This document shows, piece after piece, positions 21,168 through 31,251 of a stretch of DNA of 64,000 bases. Both the position numbers and the translations under genes were made by a program. The stretch covers positions 3,872,001 through 3,936,000 of the forward strand of contig OZ241869.1 of NCBI GenBank assembly GCA_965202805.1. The letters are read 5' to 3'. Source of the DNA: Longimicrobiales bacterium (GTDB lineage: Bacteria; Gemmatimonadota; Gemmatimonadetes; Longimicrobiales; Gaopeijiaceae). Each line of letters opens with the position of its first letter. The stretch's first letter is position 1. Below the pieces are notes generated by a model. That model ran no database searches, was not told the origin of the DNA, and saw only the letters and a program-made list of their open reading frames with translations.

Positions 21168-22649
21168 CTACGGCGCCTGCCAGCTCCCGCGGCGCAGCAG
21201 TTCGCCGCTGCCCGCCCCGGCCAGGATCTCTCCGCCCTCATACACGACCTCTCCCCGGCGCAGCGTCATCACCGGCCAGCCCGTGACCTCCCATCCGGAA
21301 TAGACCGAGAAGCCGGTCCCGGAGAACATGTCCTCGTCGCGTATGGTGCGGGTCTCGTCCGGATCCCAGAGGACGATGTCGGCGTCCGAGCCCACCGCGA
21401 TCGTGCCCTTGCGCGGATAGAGGCCGAACAGCTTGGCGGCGTTGGTCGAGGTGACCGCCACGAAGCGCTCCTCGGAGATGCGTCCCCGTGCGACGCCCTC
21501 GGACCAGAGCATCGGCCGCACCACCTGGAGGTTGTTCAGGCCGGCCCGGTGCCGGCTGATGGTCTGCGACGGGTCCATCTTCTCTTCGCGGAAATACGCA
21601 ACGTGGTCGGTGCCGAGCACGTGCACGGATCCGCTCGCGATGCCCGCCCAAAGCGCGTCCTGGTCACGCTGCTCACGCAGCGGCGGCTGGCCGACGTAGA
21701 GCCCGCGGTCGGGTCCCTCGAAGCGCTGCCGGGTGAAGTGGAGGTAGATGGGGCGCGTCTCGACGAAGACGCTGAGCCCGCGGTCCCGGGCATCCTGAAG
21801 CACGCGAAGCGCGCCTTCGGAGGAGACGTGAACGGCGTAGATGGGCGCCCCGGTGGCCTCGGCCATGGCGACCGCGCGCTGGGTGGCCACCACTTCGCCC
21901 ACCACCGGCCGGCTGTCCGGGAAGTACTCGAGCGAGGTGCGTCCAGCGGCGGTGAGCTCGGCGACCGCGCGGGCGAGGATGGGTCCGTCCTCGCAGTGCA
22001 CCATGGTCATGATGCCGGCGCCCCCCGCCGCGTCCATGGTCGCCATGTAGTCGGGCACTTCGGCGTCGAACACGGTCCGCACCATGAAGATCTTGGTGCT
22101 GGTCTGGCCGGTTTCGGCGGCCAGGGTGGTCATCTGGCCTTCCTGGGCTGCGGGGTCGTTGATGCCCGCGTGCAGGATGACGTCCGCGATCGCCTGCTCG
22201 CGGATGAGCGCCGCCTCGCGCTCGATGGCCTGGGCGAGGGTCCGCCCCGCGGCCGGAAAGGCGAAGTTCGAGATGGTGGTGATGCCCCCCGCCAGGGCCG
22301 CCTGCGAGCCGGTGCGGTAGTCGTCGCGGAGGCGTCCCCCCAGGTGGACGTGCGGATCCACCCCGCCGGGCATGACCAGCAGCCCGGTGGCGTTGATCGC
22401 GCGGGCGCCGGCCCCCGCGGCCAGCCCGGTGCCGATCTCCACGATGATCCCGTCCCGCACCCGGACGTCGGCATCGAACCGCCCCTCCGAGGTGACTACG
22501 GTACCGCCGCTGATGAGGATCTCCTGTGCGGCCAGGCCGCGCGCGAGCGGTCCCGATGCGACCAGGGTGGCGGACAGGAGGGTGGGGAGCGTCATGCCCG
22601 GCGACAGAACGGTGCGGACGCGGCTGGAGAAGTCCAACAGGCGAGTCAT
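21168..22649 (-). CDS. Dihydropyrimidinase/hydantoinase-like amidohydrolase with N-terminal signal
   Basis: PGGVDPHVH, KIFM, VHCED, VHVS, GTDH, AAKLFGLYPRKG.IAVGSDADIV. Confidence 0.9.
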   Translation of the reverse strand: MTRLLDFSSRVRTVLSPGMTLPTLLSATLVASGPLARGLAAQEILISGGTVVTSEGRFDADVRVRDGIIVEIGTGLAAGAGARAINATGLLVMPGGVDPHVHLGGRLRDDYRTGSQAALAGGITTISNFAFPAAGRTLAQAIEREAALIREQAIADVILHAGINDPAAQEGQMTTLAAETGQTSTKIFMVRTVFDAEVPDYMATMDAAGGAGIMTMVHCEDGPILARAVAELTAAGRTSLEYFPDSRPVVGEVVATQRAVAMAEATGAPIYAVHVSSEGALRVLQDARDRGLSVFVETRPIYLHFTRQRFEGPDRGLYVGQPPLREQRDQDALWAGIASGSVHVLGTDHVAYFREEKMDPSQTISRHRAGLNNLQVVRPMLWSEGVARGRISEERFVAVTSTNAAKLFGLYPRKGTIAVGSDADIVLWDPDETRTIRDEDMFSGTGFSVYSGWEVTGWPVMTLRRGEVVYEGGEILAGAGSGELLRRGSWQAP

Positions 22650-22763
22650 GGCGTCCTCCGGGTCGGCGGGTCGCGGCGGTGAAGGGACACGATAGCCGAG
22701 CCTGATGCCCGACCGCCAGAAGAACACCGGCTGAGAGCCACATGGACGGCGCCCGCGTGGCGG

Positions 22764-23438
22764 TTACCCCGGAACGATCTCCCCGACCCCTGCGAACACG
22801 GCACGCGGCGTATACCCGGCGAACTTCTCCGCCGGCGTCGTCCCCGTCAGAACCGCGACGAATCCCGTGCCTGCGTCGTGCGCGGCCCGCGCGTCCACCT
22901 CTGAATCCCCGACGAAGACGCAGTCATCCGTCGCAACGCCCAACGCGCCGGCCGCCCGGAGCAGCCCGTCGGGGGCGGGCTTGGGCCGGGGCACGTCGTC
23001 GCTCCCGACGACCACATCCACAAACCCGAGCAGCCCGTCGCGCTCCAGCGCCTCCTCGACCCGCCGCCGGTACTTGGTCGACACCACACCGAGCCGGTAT
23101 CCCGCGCCGTGGAGCGTCCCGAGCACCCGCGCCGCGCCGGGCAGAAACACGGTGCTGGCGACCATGACCTCGTCCGCCTTCCTCGTGAAGTGCCCGAGGA
23201 ACTCCTCTCCCCGGGGCTTCCACTCCCCGCCCGCGAGGACCCCGAGCACCGTGATCAGGTCGAGCCCGATGGTGCGGCGGATGGCGTCCTCGGGGGCAGG
23301 GGGAAGCCCCAGCCGGGCCAGCGCGTGATTCATGCACACCACGACCCCCGAGGAGGAATCCGCGAGCGTAAAATCGAAATCGAAGAACACGGCGCGGGCG
23401 TCCGCGACCGCGGGGTGGATTGCGGGTTGTGTCGGCAT
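22764..23438 (-). CDS. HAD-family phosphatase
   Basis: FDFDFTLADS, VSTK, KPAPD, VGDS..D. Confidence 0.92.
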   Translation of the reverse strand: MPTQPAIHPAVADARAVFFDFDFTLADSSSGVVVCMNHALARLGLPPAPEDAIRRTIGLDLITVLGVLAGGEWKPRGEEFLGHFTRKADEVMVASTVFLPGAARVLGTLHGAGYRLGVVSTKYRRRVEEALERDGLLGFVDVVVGSDDVPRPKPAPDGLLRAAGALGVATDDCVFVGDSEVDARAAHDAGTGFVAVLTGTTPAEKFAGYTPRAVFAGVGEIVPG

Positions 23439-23444
23439 CCGGTC

Positions 23445-23471
23445 GTCTTTGTCGGCGATTGTCTTTGTCGG
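23445..23471. repeat. 11-bp direct repeat GTCTTTGTCGG x2 (16-bp period) in the divergent HAD/GGT region
   Basis: Copies at 23445 and 23461. Confidence 0.75.
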
Positions 23472-23626
23472 TCCGGGGTTTCCGGGAACGGCAGCTCCGA
23501 GGAAGGAAGATAACGCGGATCGGCAGCGTGGTTGCCCGGACGGTCCCCGGGAGTAGCTTCAGGATTGTGGGCGGCGAACGGAAGTTGGCCGCGTCTCCGT
23601 CCCCGGCAGAACAGGAGGATGACGCG

Positions 23627-25594
23627 ATGAAGCATCTGGCATGGACGGTCGCAGTCGCGGCCCTGGCACTCGTCGCCTGGCGCGGATCCGGGGCGGACGC
23701 CGCGGAGGAAGCCACGGCCGGCGCGGAGGGCGGCGTGTTCGCAACCATCGCGCCCTTCAACAGCTACGGCCACGTCCACGACGCCGACAACGTCGAGGCC
23801 ATGCGTCCGCGGGTCATGGGCACCCACGGGGTGATCTCCTCCGGGCACTACCTGGCCACACAGGCCGGATACGATGTGCTCCGGGCCGGAGGCAACGCCT
23901 TCGACGCGGGGGTGACGGCGGGCATGGCGCTCAAGGCGGTCAAGATGGACTACGCGGGATGGACGGGCGTCGCGCCGCTCATCCTCTACAGCGCCGCGGA
24001 GGGCCGGGTGATCACCCGCGTCGGGGCAGGGACCTCGCCCGCGCTCGCCACCCTCGACTACTTCCTGGAGCACGGGAAGTCGCCCATCAACAACGCGCTC
24101 ATCCCCGCGGACGTCGACGTCTGGCTCGCCGCGCTCGACCGCTTCGGCACCCTCAGCTTCAGCGAAGCCGCTCAGCCGACACTGCGGATCGCGGAGGAGG
24201 GGTATCACCTCTACAAGATGCAGAAGTGGATGATCGAGGATCAGATGGAGGCGATCCTCGCGTTCCCCTACAACCGCGACTTCTGGTTCCAGAACGGTGT
24301 CGGCGAGCAGCGTCTGGGCGACCTCATGCTCAACGCCGACCTGGGGCGGCTCATCCGCTACATGATGGAGGCCGAGCAACAGACGCTGGCCGCGGGCGGA
24401 AGCCGCTCCGAGGGGATCCGCGCCGCACGCGATGCCTTCTACGCGGGCGATCCGGCGCGCGATGTCGACCGCTTCTTCCGTGAACAGGGCGGGATCGTGC
24501 GCTACGAGGACCTGGCGGGATACGAGAGCCGCTGGGAGGAGCCCCTGGGCACGAGCTTCCACGGCTACGACGTCTACACGGGCGACGGATGGAGCCAGGG
24601 ACCGCGCATCGTCCTGATGCTCAACATGCTCGAGAACTACGACCTGCGCGCGCTCGGCTACAACACGCCGGAGTACATCCATCTCGTGTCCCAGGTCATC
24701 AACCTGGCGATGGCGGATGCGCACAAGTACGTGGGGGATCCGGATTTCGCGCCCGCGCCGGAGGGCCTGTACGGGAAGGAGTACGCGCGCGAGCGCATCG
24801 CGCTCATCGACGAGAAGAGCGCGTTTCAGGACATGCCGCCGTGGGGAGATCCGGCGGCGATGGCGGCGGTGGCGGACGGCGCTCCGGCGAGCTTCGTGAT
24901 GGCGGAGGCGCCGGCCGGGGGTTCAATGGCGGCGCTCGCCAGGGCCGTGTTCGAAGGGCAGGCGGACGCGCGGATGTCGAACGGGGAAGGGGACGGGTCG
25001 GCCCATTCCATCGACACCTCGTCTCTGAACGTCATGGACGGCGAGGGAAACCTGTTCTCCCTGACCGAGAGCGACGGGCATACCGGCACGCCCATGATCC
25101 CGGGATGGGGCTTCGGGCTCGGCAATCGCATGGGCCAGTTCAACCTGGACCCGGAGCTGGCCAACGTCATGGCGCCCGGCAAGCGCCCGCGCAACACCAA
25201 CTCGCCGCTTCTGGTGATGAAGGATGGGCAGCCGTTCATGGGTCTCTCCACCCCCGGCGGCGATCAGCAGCTGCAGTCGCTGCTGCAGGTCTTTCTGAAC
25301 GTCGTGGTATGGGGGATGTCACCCGAGCAGGCCGTGGACCAGCCCCGCTTCGGCAGCTACAACTTCCCGGGATCGGGAAGCGAGGTGAACCGCAGTCCCG
25401 CGCTGCTCCGCATGGAGGACCGCATTCCGGCGGAGACGGCGGAAGCGCTGCGCGCGATGGGGCACGACGTGCAGTCCTGGGGCCTGTGGAACTGGCGCGC
25501 GTGCGCGCCGACGGTGACCTGGCGCGACCCGGAGACCGGATTGATGGTCGCGGCGGGGGACGTGCGGCGGGAGACGGCGTCGCTCGGATTCTGA
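23627..25594 (+). CDS. ggt: Gamma-glutamyltransferase family (Ntn hydrolase), exported
   Basis: Signal peptide, GGNAFDA, DTSSL (catalytic Thr), PGKRPR.T.SP, TPGGD.Q. Confidence 0.9.
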   Translation: MKHLAWTVAVAALALVAWRGSGADAAEEATAGAEGGVFATIAPFNSYGHVHDADNVEAMRPRVMGTHGVISSGHYLATQAGYDVLRAGGNAFDAGVTAGMALKAVKMDYAGWTGVAPLILYSAAEGRVITRVGAGTSPALATLDYFLEHGKSPINNALIPADVDVWLAALDRFGTLSFSEAAQPTLRIAEEGYHLYKMQKWMIEDQMEAILAFPYNRDFWFQNGVGEQRLGDLMLNADLGRLIRYMMEAEQQTLAAGGSRSEGIRAARDAFYAGDPARDVDRFFREQGGIVRYEDLAGYESRWEEPLGTSFHGYDVYTGDGWSQGPRIVLMLNMLENYDLRALGYNTPEYIHLVSQVINLAMADAHKYVGDPDFAPAPEGLYGKEYARERIALIDEKSAFQDMPPWGDPAAMAAVADGAPASFVMAEAPAGGSMAALARAVFEGQADARMSNGEGDGSAHSIDTSSLNVMDGEGNLFSLTESDGHTGTPMIPGWGFGLGNRMGQFNLDPELANVMAPGKRPRNTNSPLLVMKDGQPFMGLSTPGGDQQLQSLLQVFLNVVVWGMSPEQAVDQPRFGSYNFPGSGSEVNRSPALLRMEDRIPAETAEALRAMGHDVQSWGLWNWRACAPTVTWRDPETGLMVAAGDVRRETASLGF

Positions 25595-25646
25595 GGTGGG
25601 CATGCTGGAGCAGGCCATGCGCGGCCGCCGACAGTCCATCCCCGGG

Positions 25647-27380
25647 ATGATTCCGGCCACGGTCCGTCGATCCAGGCCCTTCCCTCACACGCCTGCGGCC
25701 CTGCTTCTGTTCGCGTTGTCGGGATGCGCCGCGCCGAGCTTGGACACCGCAGGCTTCTCCGTGGTCGAGGCGAGCATTCCGGAGCTGCAGGCGGCGATGG
25801 AGCGCGGGGAACTCACCTCGCGTCAGCTGGTGACGGAGTACCTGGTACGCATCGGGCTGTATGAGGACCGGCTGAACGCGGCCGTCTCGATCAACCCGAA
25901 TGCGCTGGCGGAGGCGGAGGCGCTGGACGCCGAGCGGGCGGGCGGCGAGGTTCGCGGGCCGCTGCACGGGATTCCGGTGGCGCTCAAGGACAACATCCAC
26001 ACCACCCACCTCCCCACCACCGGGGGTGCCCTCGCGTTCGAGGGGTACGTGCCGCCGTACGAGGCCACCCTGACCGCGAACCTGCGGGACGCCGGCGCGA
26101 TCATCATCGCCAAGGCCGGCCTCACCGAGTTCGCCAACTGGATGGCGGGCCCGCCCAGGCAGATGCCGGGCAACTACAACGCCCTCACCGGATTTGCCTA
26201 CAACCCGTACGATCCCCGCCGCGACCCGCGACCCGGCACCAGCGACGGCCGCCCCGCGCTCAGCACCGGCGGCTCGAGCTCCGGGGTCGGCACGGCGGCG
26301 AGCTTCTGGGCCGGAAACGTCGGGACCGACACCGGGGGCTCGGTGATCAGCCCGTCCAACGCGAACATGCTGGTGGGGATCCGGCCGACGCTGGGGCGCA
26401 TCAGCCGCTGGGGCATCGCGCCGGTCACCCTCGACCACGACATGGCCGGCCCCATGACCCGCACGGTGGCCGACGCGGCGATCCTGCTGGGCGGGATGGA
26501 GAGCACGGCGCCCGACCCCAACGACCCCGCCACCGCCATCTGCGAGCCGCCCCCGGACCGCGACTACACGCAGTTCCTGAACCCGGACGGCCTGCGGGGG
26601 GCACGCATCGGCATCCCGCGCGCGTTCTACTACGATCCGGTCCGCCTTGAGGGAGAGGACGGCACCCGCGGCGGGCTCACCGAGGCGCAGGCCGTCCTCA
26701 TGGCGGAGGCGATCGCGGTGCTCGAGTCCCAGGGCGCGGTGGTCGTGGATCCCGCCGAGGTGCCCAGCTACGCCCATCCCGACCCGGACTCGAATTTCGC
26801 CGCCTGGGGCTTCTGCGCGGGCGCGCACCAGGCGAAGGGCTCCGACCAGCGCTGCTCGGTGAACTTCAAGTACGGCGCCAAGCGCGACTTCAACGCCTGG
26901 CTGGAGAGCCTGGGCCCGGACGCGCCCGTGACGACGCTGACCGAACTGCGCCAGTGGAATCTCGACCACGCGGACGCCGGCGCGGCCAGGTACGGGCAGT
27001 CGCGCTTCGACATCTCCGACGAGATGGACGTGGAGGCGGACCGTGCCCGCAACGAGGCCGACATGGCGCGCGACGAGCTGCTGAGCCGCACCCGGGGCAT
27101 CGACGCAGTGCTCGCGGAGCACGAACTGGACGCGATCTTCACCCCGGGCAGCCGGGGGGCCGGTCTCGCCGCCCGCTCGGGCACCCCGATCGTGGTGGTG
27201 CCCTTCGGGTTCGTGCCCAACGAGCCGGCGACGCCCTTCCGGGAGGGATTCGATGCACGGCCCGCGCCCTTCGGGGTGGGGTTCACCGGGGCCAACTGCA
27301 GCGAGCCCCGCCTGATCGAGCTGGCATACGCGTTCGAGCAGGCCACGCGCCGCCGGGTGCCGCCTCCGGGGTTTCCCTGA
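25647..27380 (+). CDS. Amidase-signature family lipoprotein
   Basis: LSGC lipobox, GPLHGIPVALKDNI, GGSSSG, GTDTGGS, LIELAYAFEQAT. Confidence 0.92.
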   Translation: MIPATVRRSRPFPHTPAALLLFALSGCAAPSLDTAGFSVVEASIPELQAAMERGELTSRQLVTEYLVRIGLYEDRLNAAVSINPNALAEAEALDAERAGGEVRGPLHGIPVALKDNIHTTHLPTTGGALAFEGYVPPYEATLTANLRDAGAIIIAKAGLTEFANWMAGPPRQMPGNYNALTGFAYNPYDPRRDPRPGTSDGRPALSTGGSSSGVGTAASFWAGNVGTDTGGSVISPSNANMLVGIRPTLGRISRWGIAPVTLDHDMAGPMTRTVADAAILLGGMESTAPDPNDPATAICEPPPDRDYTQFLNPDGLRGARIGIPRAFYYDPVRLEGEDGTRGGLTEAQAVLMAEAIAVLESQGAVVVDPAEVPSYAHPDPDSNFAAWGFCAGAHQAKGSDQRCSVNFKYGAKRDFNAWLESLGPDAPVTTLTELRQWNLDHADAGAARYGQSRFDISDEMDVEADRARNEADMARDELLSRTRGIDAVLAEHELDAIFTPGSRGAGLAARSGTPIVVVPFGFVPNEPATPFREGFDARPAPFGVGFTGANCSEPRLIELAYAFEQATRRRVPPPGFP

Positions 27381-27425
27381 GCACCGACCGTGCCAAGCAT
27401 TCCTTCCCCGACCGGAGACGAGACG

Positions 27426-28430
27426 ATGAAGAAGTTGCTCCTGCTCGCCCTGTCCCTCACCTTCGCGATGCCCGTCCTCGCCCAGAACCACGCGCCCAAC
27501 CCCTACCGCGCCGTGCCGGACGTGTGGGGCGAACTGCCCGAGGGCCGCACCTGGGGCTCGACCAGCGCCGTGTATCCCGCCGCCGACGGCAACATCTGGG
27601 TTGCGGAGCGGTGCGGGGAGAACACCTGCGTGGGGCACGACGACCTCGATCCCATCCTCCTCTTCGACGTCGACGGCAACCTGCTGCGCAGCTTCGGCGC
27701 GGGGATGTTCGAGTGGCCGCACGGCATTCATGTCGACCCCGACGGCAACCTCTGGGTCACCGACGCGCGCGGGGGCGAGCGGCGCGGCCACCAGATCCAC
27801 AAGTTCAGCCCCGAGGGCGAGCTGCTCATGAGCCTGGGCCAGGCCGGGGTGGCTGGCACCGGACCCGACACCTTCGATCAGCCCTCCGACGTCCTGGTGG
27901 CACCCAACGGCGACATCTTCGTGGCCGACGGCCACGGAGCGGGCGGCAACAACCGCATCGTCAAGTTCAACAGCGCGGGCGACTTCATCATGGAGTGGGG
28001 CCGCACCGGCTCCGAGAATGGCGAGTTCCGCGATCCCCACGCGCTGGCGATGGATTCACGCGGCCGGCTCTTCGTCGGCGACCGCAAGAACAACCGCCTG
28101 CAGGTCTTCGACCAGGACGGCAACCATCTGGACACCTGGACCCAGTTCGGCCGGCCCAGCGGGCTCTTCGTCGACGCCAACGACGTGCTCTACTCGGCCG
28201 ACTCCGAGTCCTCCACCGGCGGCGGCATCCCCAACGCCGGCTGGGTGCGCGGGATCCGCATCGGCAGCGTGGTGGACGGGCTGGTCACCTCCTTCATCCC
28301 GGACCCCGACTGGCACGTGACCGTGCGGGGCACCACCGGAGCCGAGGGGGTGGCGGCCGACGCCTTCGGCAACATCTACGGGGCGGAGGTGGGGCCGCGC
28401 ATGCTCCGCAAGTACATGCGGGTGCGGTAG
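27426..28430 (+). CDS. NHL-repeat (PAL-like) secreted beta-propeller
   Basis: Signal peptide; WPHGIHVD, FDQPSDV, NNRIVKF, PHALAMD, DRKNNRLQVF. Confidence 0.9.
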   Translation: MKKLLLLALSLTFAMPVLAQNHAPNPYRAVPDVWGELPEGRTWGSTSAVYPAADGNIWVAERCGENTCVGHDDLDPILLFDVDGNLLRSFGAGMFEWPHGIHVDPDGNLWVTDARGGERRGHQIHKFSPEGELLMSLGQAGVAGTGPDTFDQPSDVLVAPNGDIFVADGHGAGGNNRIVKFNSAGDFIMEWGRTGSENGEFRDPHALAMDSRGRLFVGDRKNNRLQVFDQDGNHLDTWTQFGRPSGLFVDANDVLYSADSESSTGGGIPNAGWVRGIRIGSVVDGLVTSFIPDPDWHVTVRGTTGAEGVAADAFGNIYGAEVGPRMLRKYMRVR

Positions 28431-28502
28431 GCCGGACCGAACCCGGCCGGGCACGGCAGAGTTTTCCCACAGGGACTGACTTCCGACGAAAGAGAGCCTC
28501 TC

Positions 28503-28604
28503 ATGCGCACTGCGAAAAAAACCGGTTGGCTGCGATTCTGGCTGGCGTGGATCATCCCCATTGTGATTGTGTGGATCGTCCTCAGCATCAGGATCGAGTT
28601 CTGA
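28503..28604 (+). CDS. Putative 33-aa single-pass membrane protein
   Basis: MRTAKKTGWLRFWLAWIIPIVIVWIVLSIRIEF*; AGAGAG upstream; fills the intergenic gap. Confidence 0.55.
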   Translation: MRTAKKTGWLRFWLAWIIPIVIVWIVLSIRIEF

Positions 28605-28620
28605 CTCGCCGCCCGGTGCC

Positions 28621-30042
28621 CTACCGCCTCCAGACCCCAACCCCGTTCTCGTAGACGATCTCCGTCCCGAACGGCCGCGACAGCTCCGCCAGGTGCTCGA
28701 TGATCCTGCGGCCCAGCTCCTCGGGGGCGATGCGCGGCGTGCCCCGCTGCGACCGGGGCGCCTTCCAGCCCAGCTCGATCGGGTGGAAGACGATCTCCAC
28801 CGCCTCGCTCCCCTCGAAGGTCACCACCGGCACCACGCTCTCGTACCAACGTGAGTCGGTTGGGAAGCCGGTGGTGGGGTTGCCGTCCTCGTCCACCTGG
28901 AAGCGGGTGTCGTAGATCTCCGAGGCGAGCCGGTCCAGCGGGAGGCCGTAGCGGTCGCGCTGGTCGGACGGCATCGGGTCGATGGTCTCGTTCTGGAAGA
29001 TGAAGTCGCCGAGCGAGTAGAAGATGGGCCGGCCGTTATGGATGTCGACGCCGCGCAGCTGGTGCGGCCCGTGGATGATGAAGGTCGCGGCCCCGGCGTC
29101 GATGACCTGGCGCGCGAACTCGACCATCCAGTCGGGCGGCGTCATGAAGGCGTTGCCGGGCTCGTGCGAGTGGCTGTTGGCGACCACGTAGTCGCCCTGA
29201 TCGGTGGCGTTGCGCACCTCGTGCAGCACCCGCTCCCGGTCGACGTCGTTCAGCGTGACCACCGTGCGGTCCTCGTCGCCGGGATACACCGTGATCCCGA
29301 ACACCCGCACGGCCACCCCTTCGTCGTCGGACACTTCGACCCCTTGGGAGCGCGCCACCTCCCGCAGGGCCTCCATGGTCGCGGGCGATCCCTCGTGGCG
29401 GGTGCTCAGCCGGAGCGCGTTCAGCCCCGGGCGGCCCTGAACGGTGGGCCCGGCCCTGCCCGCGCGCGACATCGGTGTGTGGGTCGAGGCCATCCCGATC
29501 AGCGCTACGCGGCCCTTGGGCGTCTCCAGGTACCCGGGGCGGCTGGCCCATCCCAGGTTCTCCCCCGCCCCGGCGTGCACCAGCCCCCACTCGTCCATGA
29601 GCCGGCCCGTCAGGCGCATCCCCTCCACCCCGTAGTCGGTGGTGTGGTTGTTGGCCCGGTTGAAGAGGTCGAACCCCATGTCCACCAGGTCCTTCAGCGT
29701 CTCGGGCGATCCCACCTCGTAATTGCCCCCGTTCTCGGCCGCCGGCCAGCCGGTGAACTCCTCCAGGCGGAAGACCGACTGCTCCAGGTTCATGAAGGCG
29801 GCGTCCGCTCCCTGAATGACGTCGACCAGCTCCTGGAAGGCGGGATCTCCGGGATGATCGAACTGCATCACGCGGCGGTTCATGATCACGTCGCCCGCCC
29901 CCGCCAGCGTCCAGCGGGTTTCGGAGTCGATGGGCGAGCGAGTCTGGGCGTGTCCCGTCAGCGGGACTGCGATCAGCATGACGGTGGCGACGATCATCGC
30001 GACGCCACGCCGGGACTCGAGTTTGGCCAGGATCACGCGCAT
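28621..30042 (-). CDS. CapA-family metallophosphoesterase-like protein (exported)
   Basis: AGDVI, NLE, ANNHTTDYG, HSHE, HGPH, YSLGDFIF. Confidence 0.9.
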   Translation of the reverse strand: MRVILAKLESRRGVAMIVATVMLIAVPLTGHAQTRSPIDSETRWTLAGAGDVIMNRRVMQFDHPGDPAFQELVDVIQGADAAFMNLEQSVFRLEEFTGWPAAENGGNYEVGSPETLKDLVDMGFDLFNRANNHTTDYGVEGMRLTGRLMDEWGLVHAGAGENLGWASRPGYLETPKGRVALIGMASTHTPMSRAGRAGPTVQGRPGLNALRLSTRHEGSPATMEALREVARSQGVEVSDDEGVAVRVFGITVYPGDEDRTVVTLNDVDRERVLHEVRNATDQGDYVVANSHSHEPGNAFMTPPDWMVEFARQVIDAGAATFIIHGPHQLRGVDIHNGRPIFYSLGDFIFQNETIDPMPSDQRDRYGLPLDRLASEIYDTRFQVDEDGNPTTGFPTDSRWYESVVPVVTFEGSEAVEIVFHPIELGWKAPRSQRGTPRIAPEELGRRIIEHLAELSRPFGTEIVYENGVGVWRR

Positions 30043-30067
30043 GGGAGTCCTCCGGAAACAGACTGTG

Positions 30068-30511
30068 TCACTGGAAACGTGCATCCCAAACTACGTCGAT
30101 GACCTCGGCCACGCTCACACGCACGAAGTCCGGGTGCGACGGGTTGAGGATCACGTTCCAACCCCAGGGCTGCGCGACGAAGGAGGGAACCTGGAGCGCT
30201 ACGGATCGTCCGGATGCCACCCACTCCGCTCCGATTGCGCGCGACCGGGCAGCGTTGCGCCAGTTGGGGTACTCGGCTTCGCTCAGCCTGGGCACGGCGC
30301 ATTCCTCGGGAATCACGATGCGAGAGGCGAACTGGGCAGCCGGGACTTTCCCTGTCGTCGTGTGCGCCATCTGCTCCAGCAGGGCTCCCTCGTACGCCAG
30401 TGAGGCATACACCATGCGCACGCCCGGGGGATTCCAGCGTCCGCCGAAGATGCCGGCGCCGATTCCCCCCAGCGCCGGGTAGTCTCGAGGGTGGACTCGA
30501 TAGACGTCCAA
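30068..30511 (-). CDS. RES-domain toxin
   Basis: YR, GGRWN.PG...VYAS, ALLE, VPS, NVILNP.HPDF. Confidence 0.92.
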   Translation of the reverse strand: MDVYRVHPRDYPALGGIGAGIFGGRWNPPGVRMVYASLAYEGALLEQMAHTTTGKVPAAQFASRIVIPEECAVPRLSEAEYPNWRNAARSRAIGAEWVASGRSVALQVPSFVAQPWGWNVILNPSHPDFVRVSVAEVIDVVWDARFQ

Positions 30512-30514
30512 CCG

Positions 30515-31009
30515 TCAGGCCGGGAGACCGAAATGCAGCGAGTACAGAATGTGCTCGACCTGCCGTGTTCCGACCTCGGACAGTGCTCGGTCGATGGGAC
30601 GCGCGCCGCCCAGCATAGGGTGTCGGCAGGTCAGCCATTCCGCAGCCCACTCGTCGTTTCCCCATACGTACGCGGCCAGCGCGATGACGGAGGCCACCCG
30701 GAGCACCGTACCGCCTTCATCTTCCTTGAGACGTTCCCGTCGCTGCAACGTTGCCCGGGGTACGATTCCGTTGACGTACTCGGAAGCACGCCGAACGCCG
30801 AAACGCTTCAACTCGGCTTGAAGCTGCTTGACCGCTTCGGCCGGCAGCCCCTCCGCAACGGCCTCGCGCACCACTTCGAGGCCGGAGCCTTCGCCGTAGA
30901 CCGGGCTCGACTCCCGGACCATTCGTCCGGCGAGCTCCCTGAGGTTGAAGGAGTCACCGCAGTCGCCGTGTGACGTTGGCATCGTCTCACTTGTTGGTTT
31001 GCGTGCCAT
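30515..31009 (-). CDS. Xre/MbcA/ParS-type antitoxin
   Basis: GLP, RATLQRR, A.EWL...HP.LGGARP, G.RQVE.IL..L..G; upstream of RES; start uncertain. Confidence 0.88.
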   Translation of the reverse strand: MARKPTSETMPTSHGDCGDSFNLRELAGRMVRESSPVYGEGSGLEVVREAVAEGLPAEAVKQLQAELKRFGVRRASEYVNGIVPRATLQRRERLKEDEGGTVLRVASVIALAAYVWGNDEWAAEWLTCRHPMLGGARPIDRALSEVGTRQVEHILYSLHFGLPA

Positions 31010-31068
31010 TGCTTTCGCCCTCCGCGATCGGGACAAGGTGCATTTGCACAGTTAACGACGTGGATATG

Positions 31069-31096
31069 AACCTATCCTCGGTTTCTTCCTTGTCAA
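31069..31096 (-). promoter_or_regulatory. Putative promoter of the Xre-RES operon
   Basis: TTGACA-16 bp-TAGGTT on the minus strand. Confidence 0.5.
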
Positions 31097-31251
31097 CGGC
31101 AGGACTCCGCACGGACGCCGTGTCCACGGCGCACTGCGGCGGGAATGTCGGATACGCCTGTGAGCCGTTCCTTGCGCGGCGACAACGCCCGGAGGAATGT
31201 TGGCGGATGGCGGTCTTTCGCCAGGCTTCGAGAATGAGGAGAAGAGGTACC

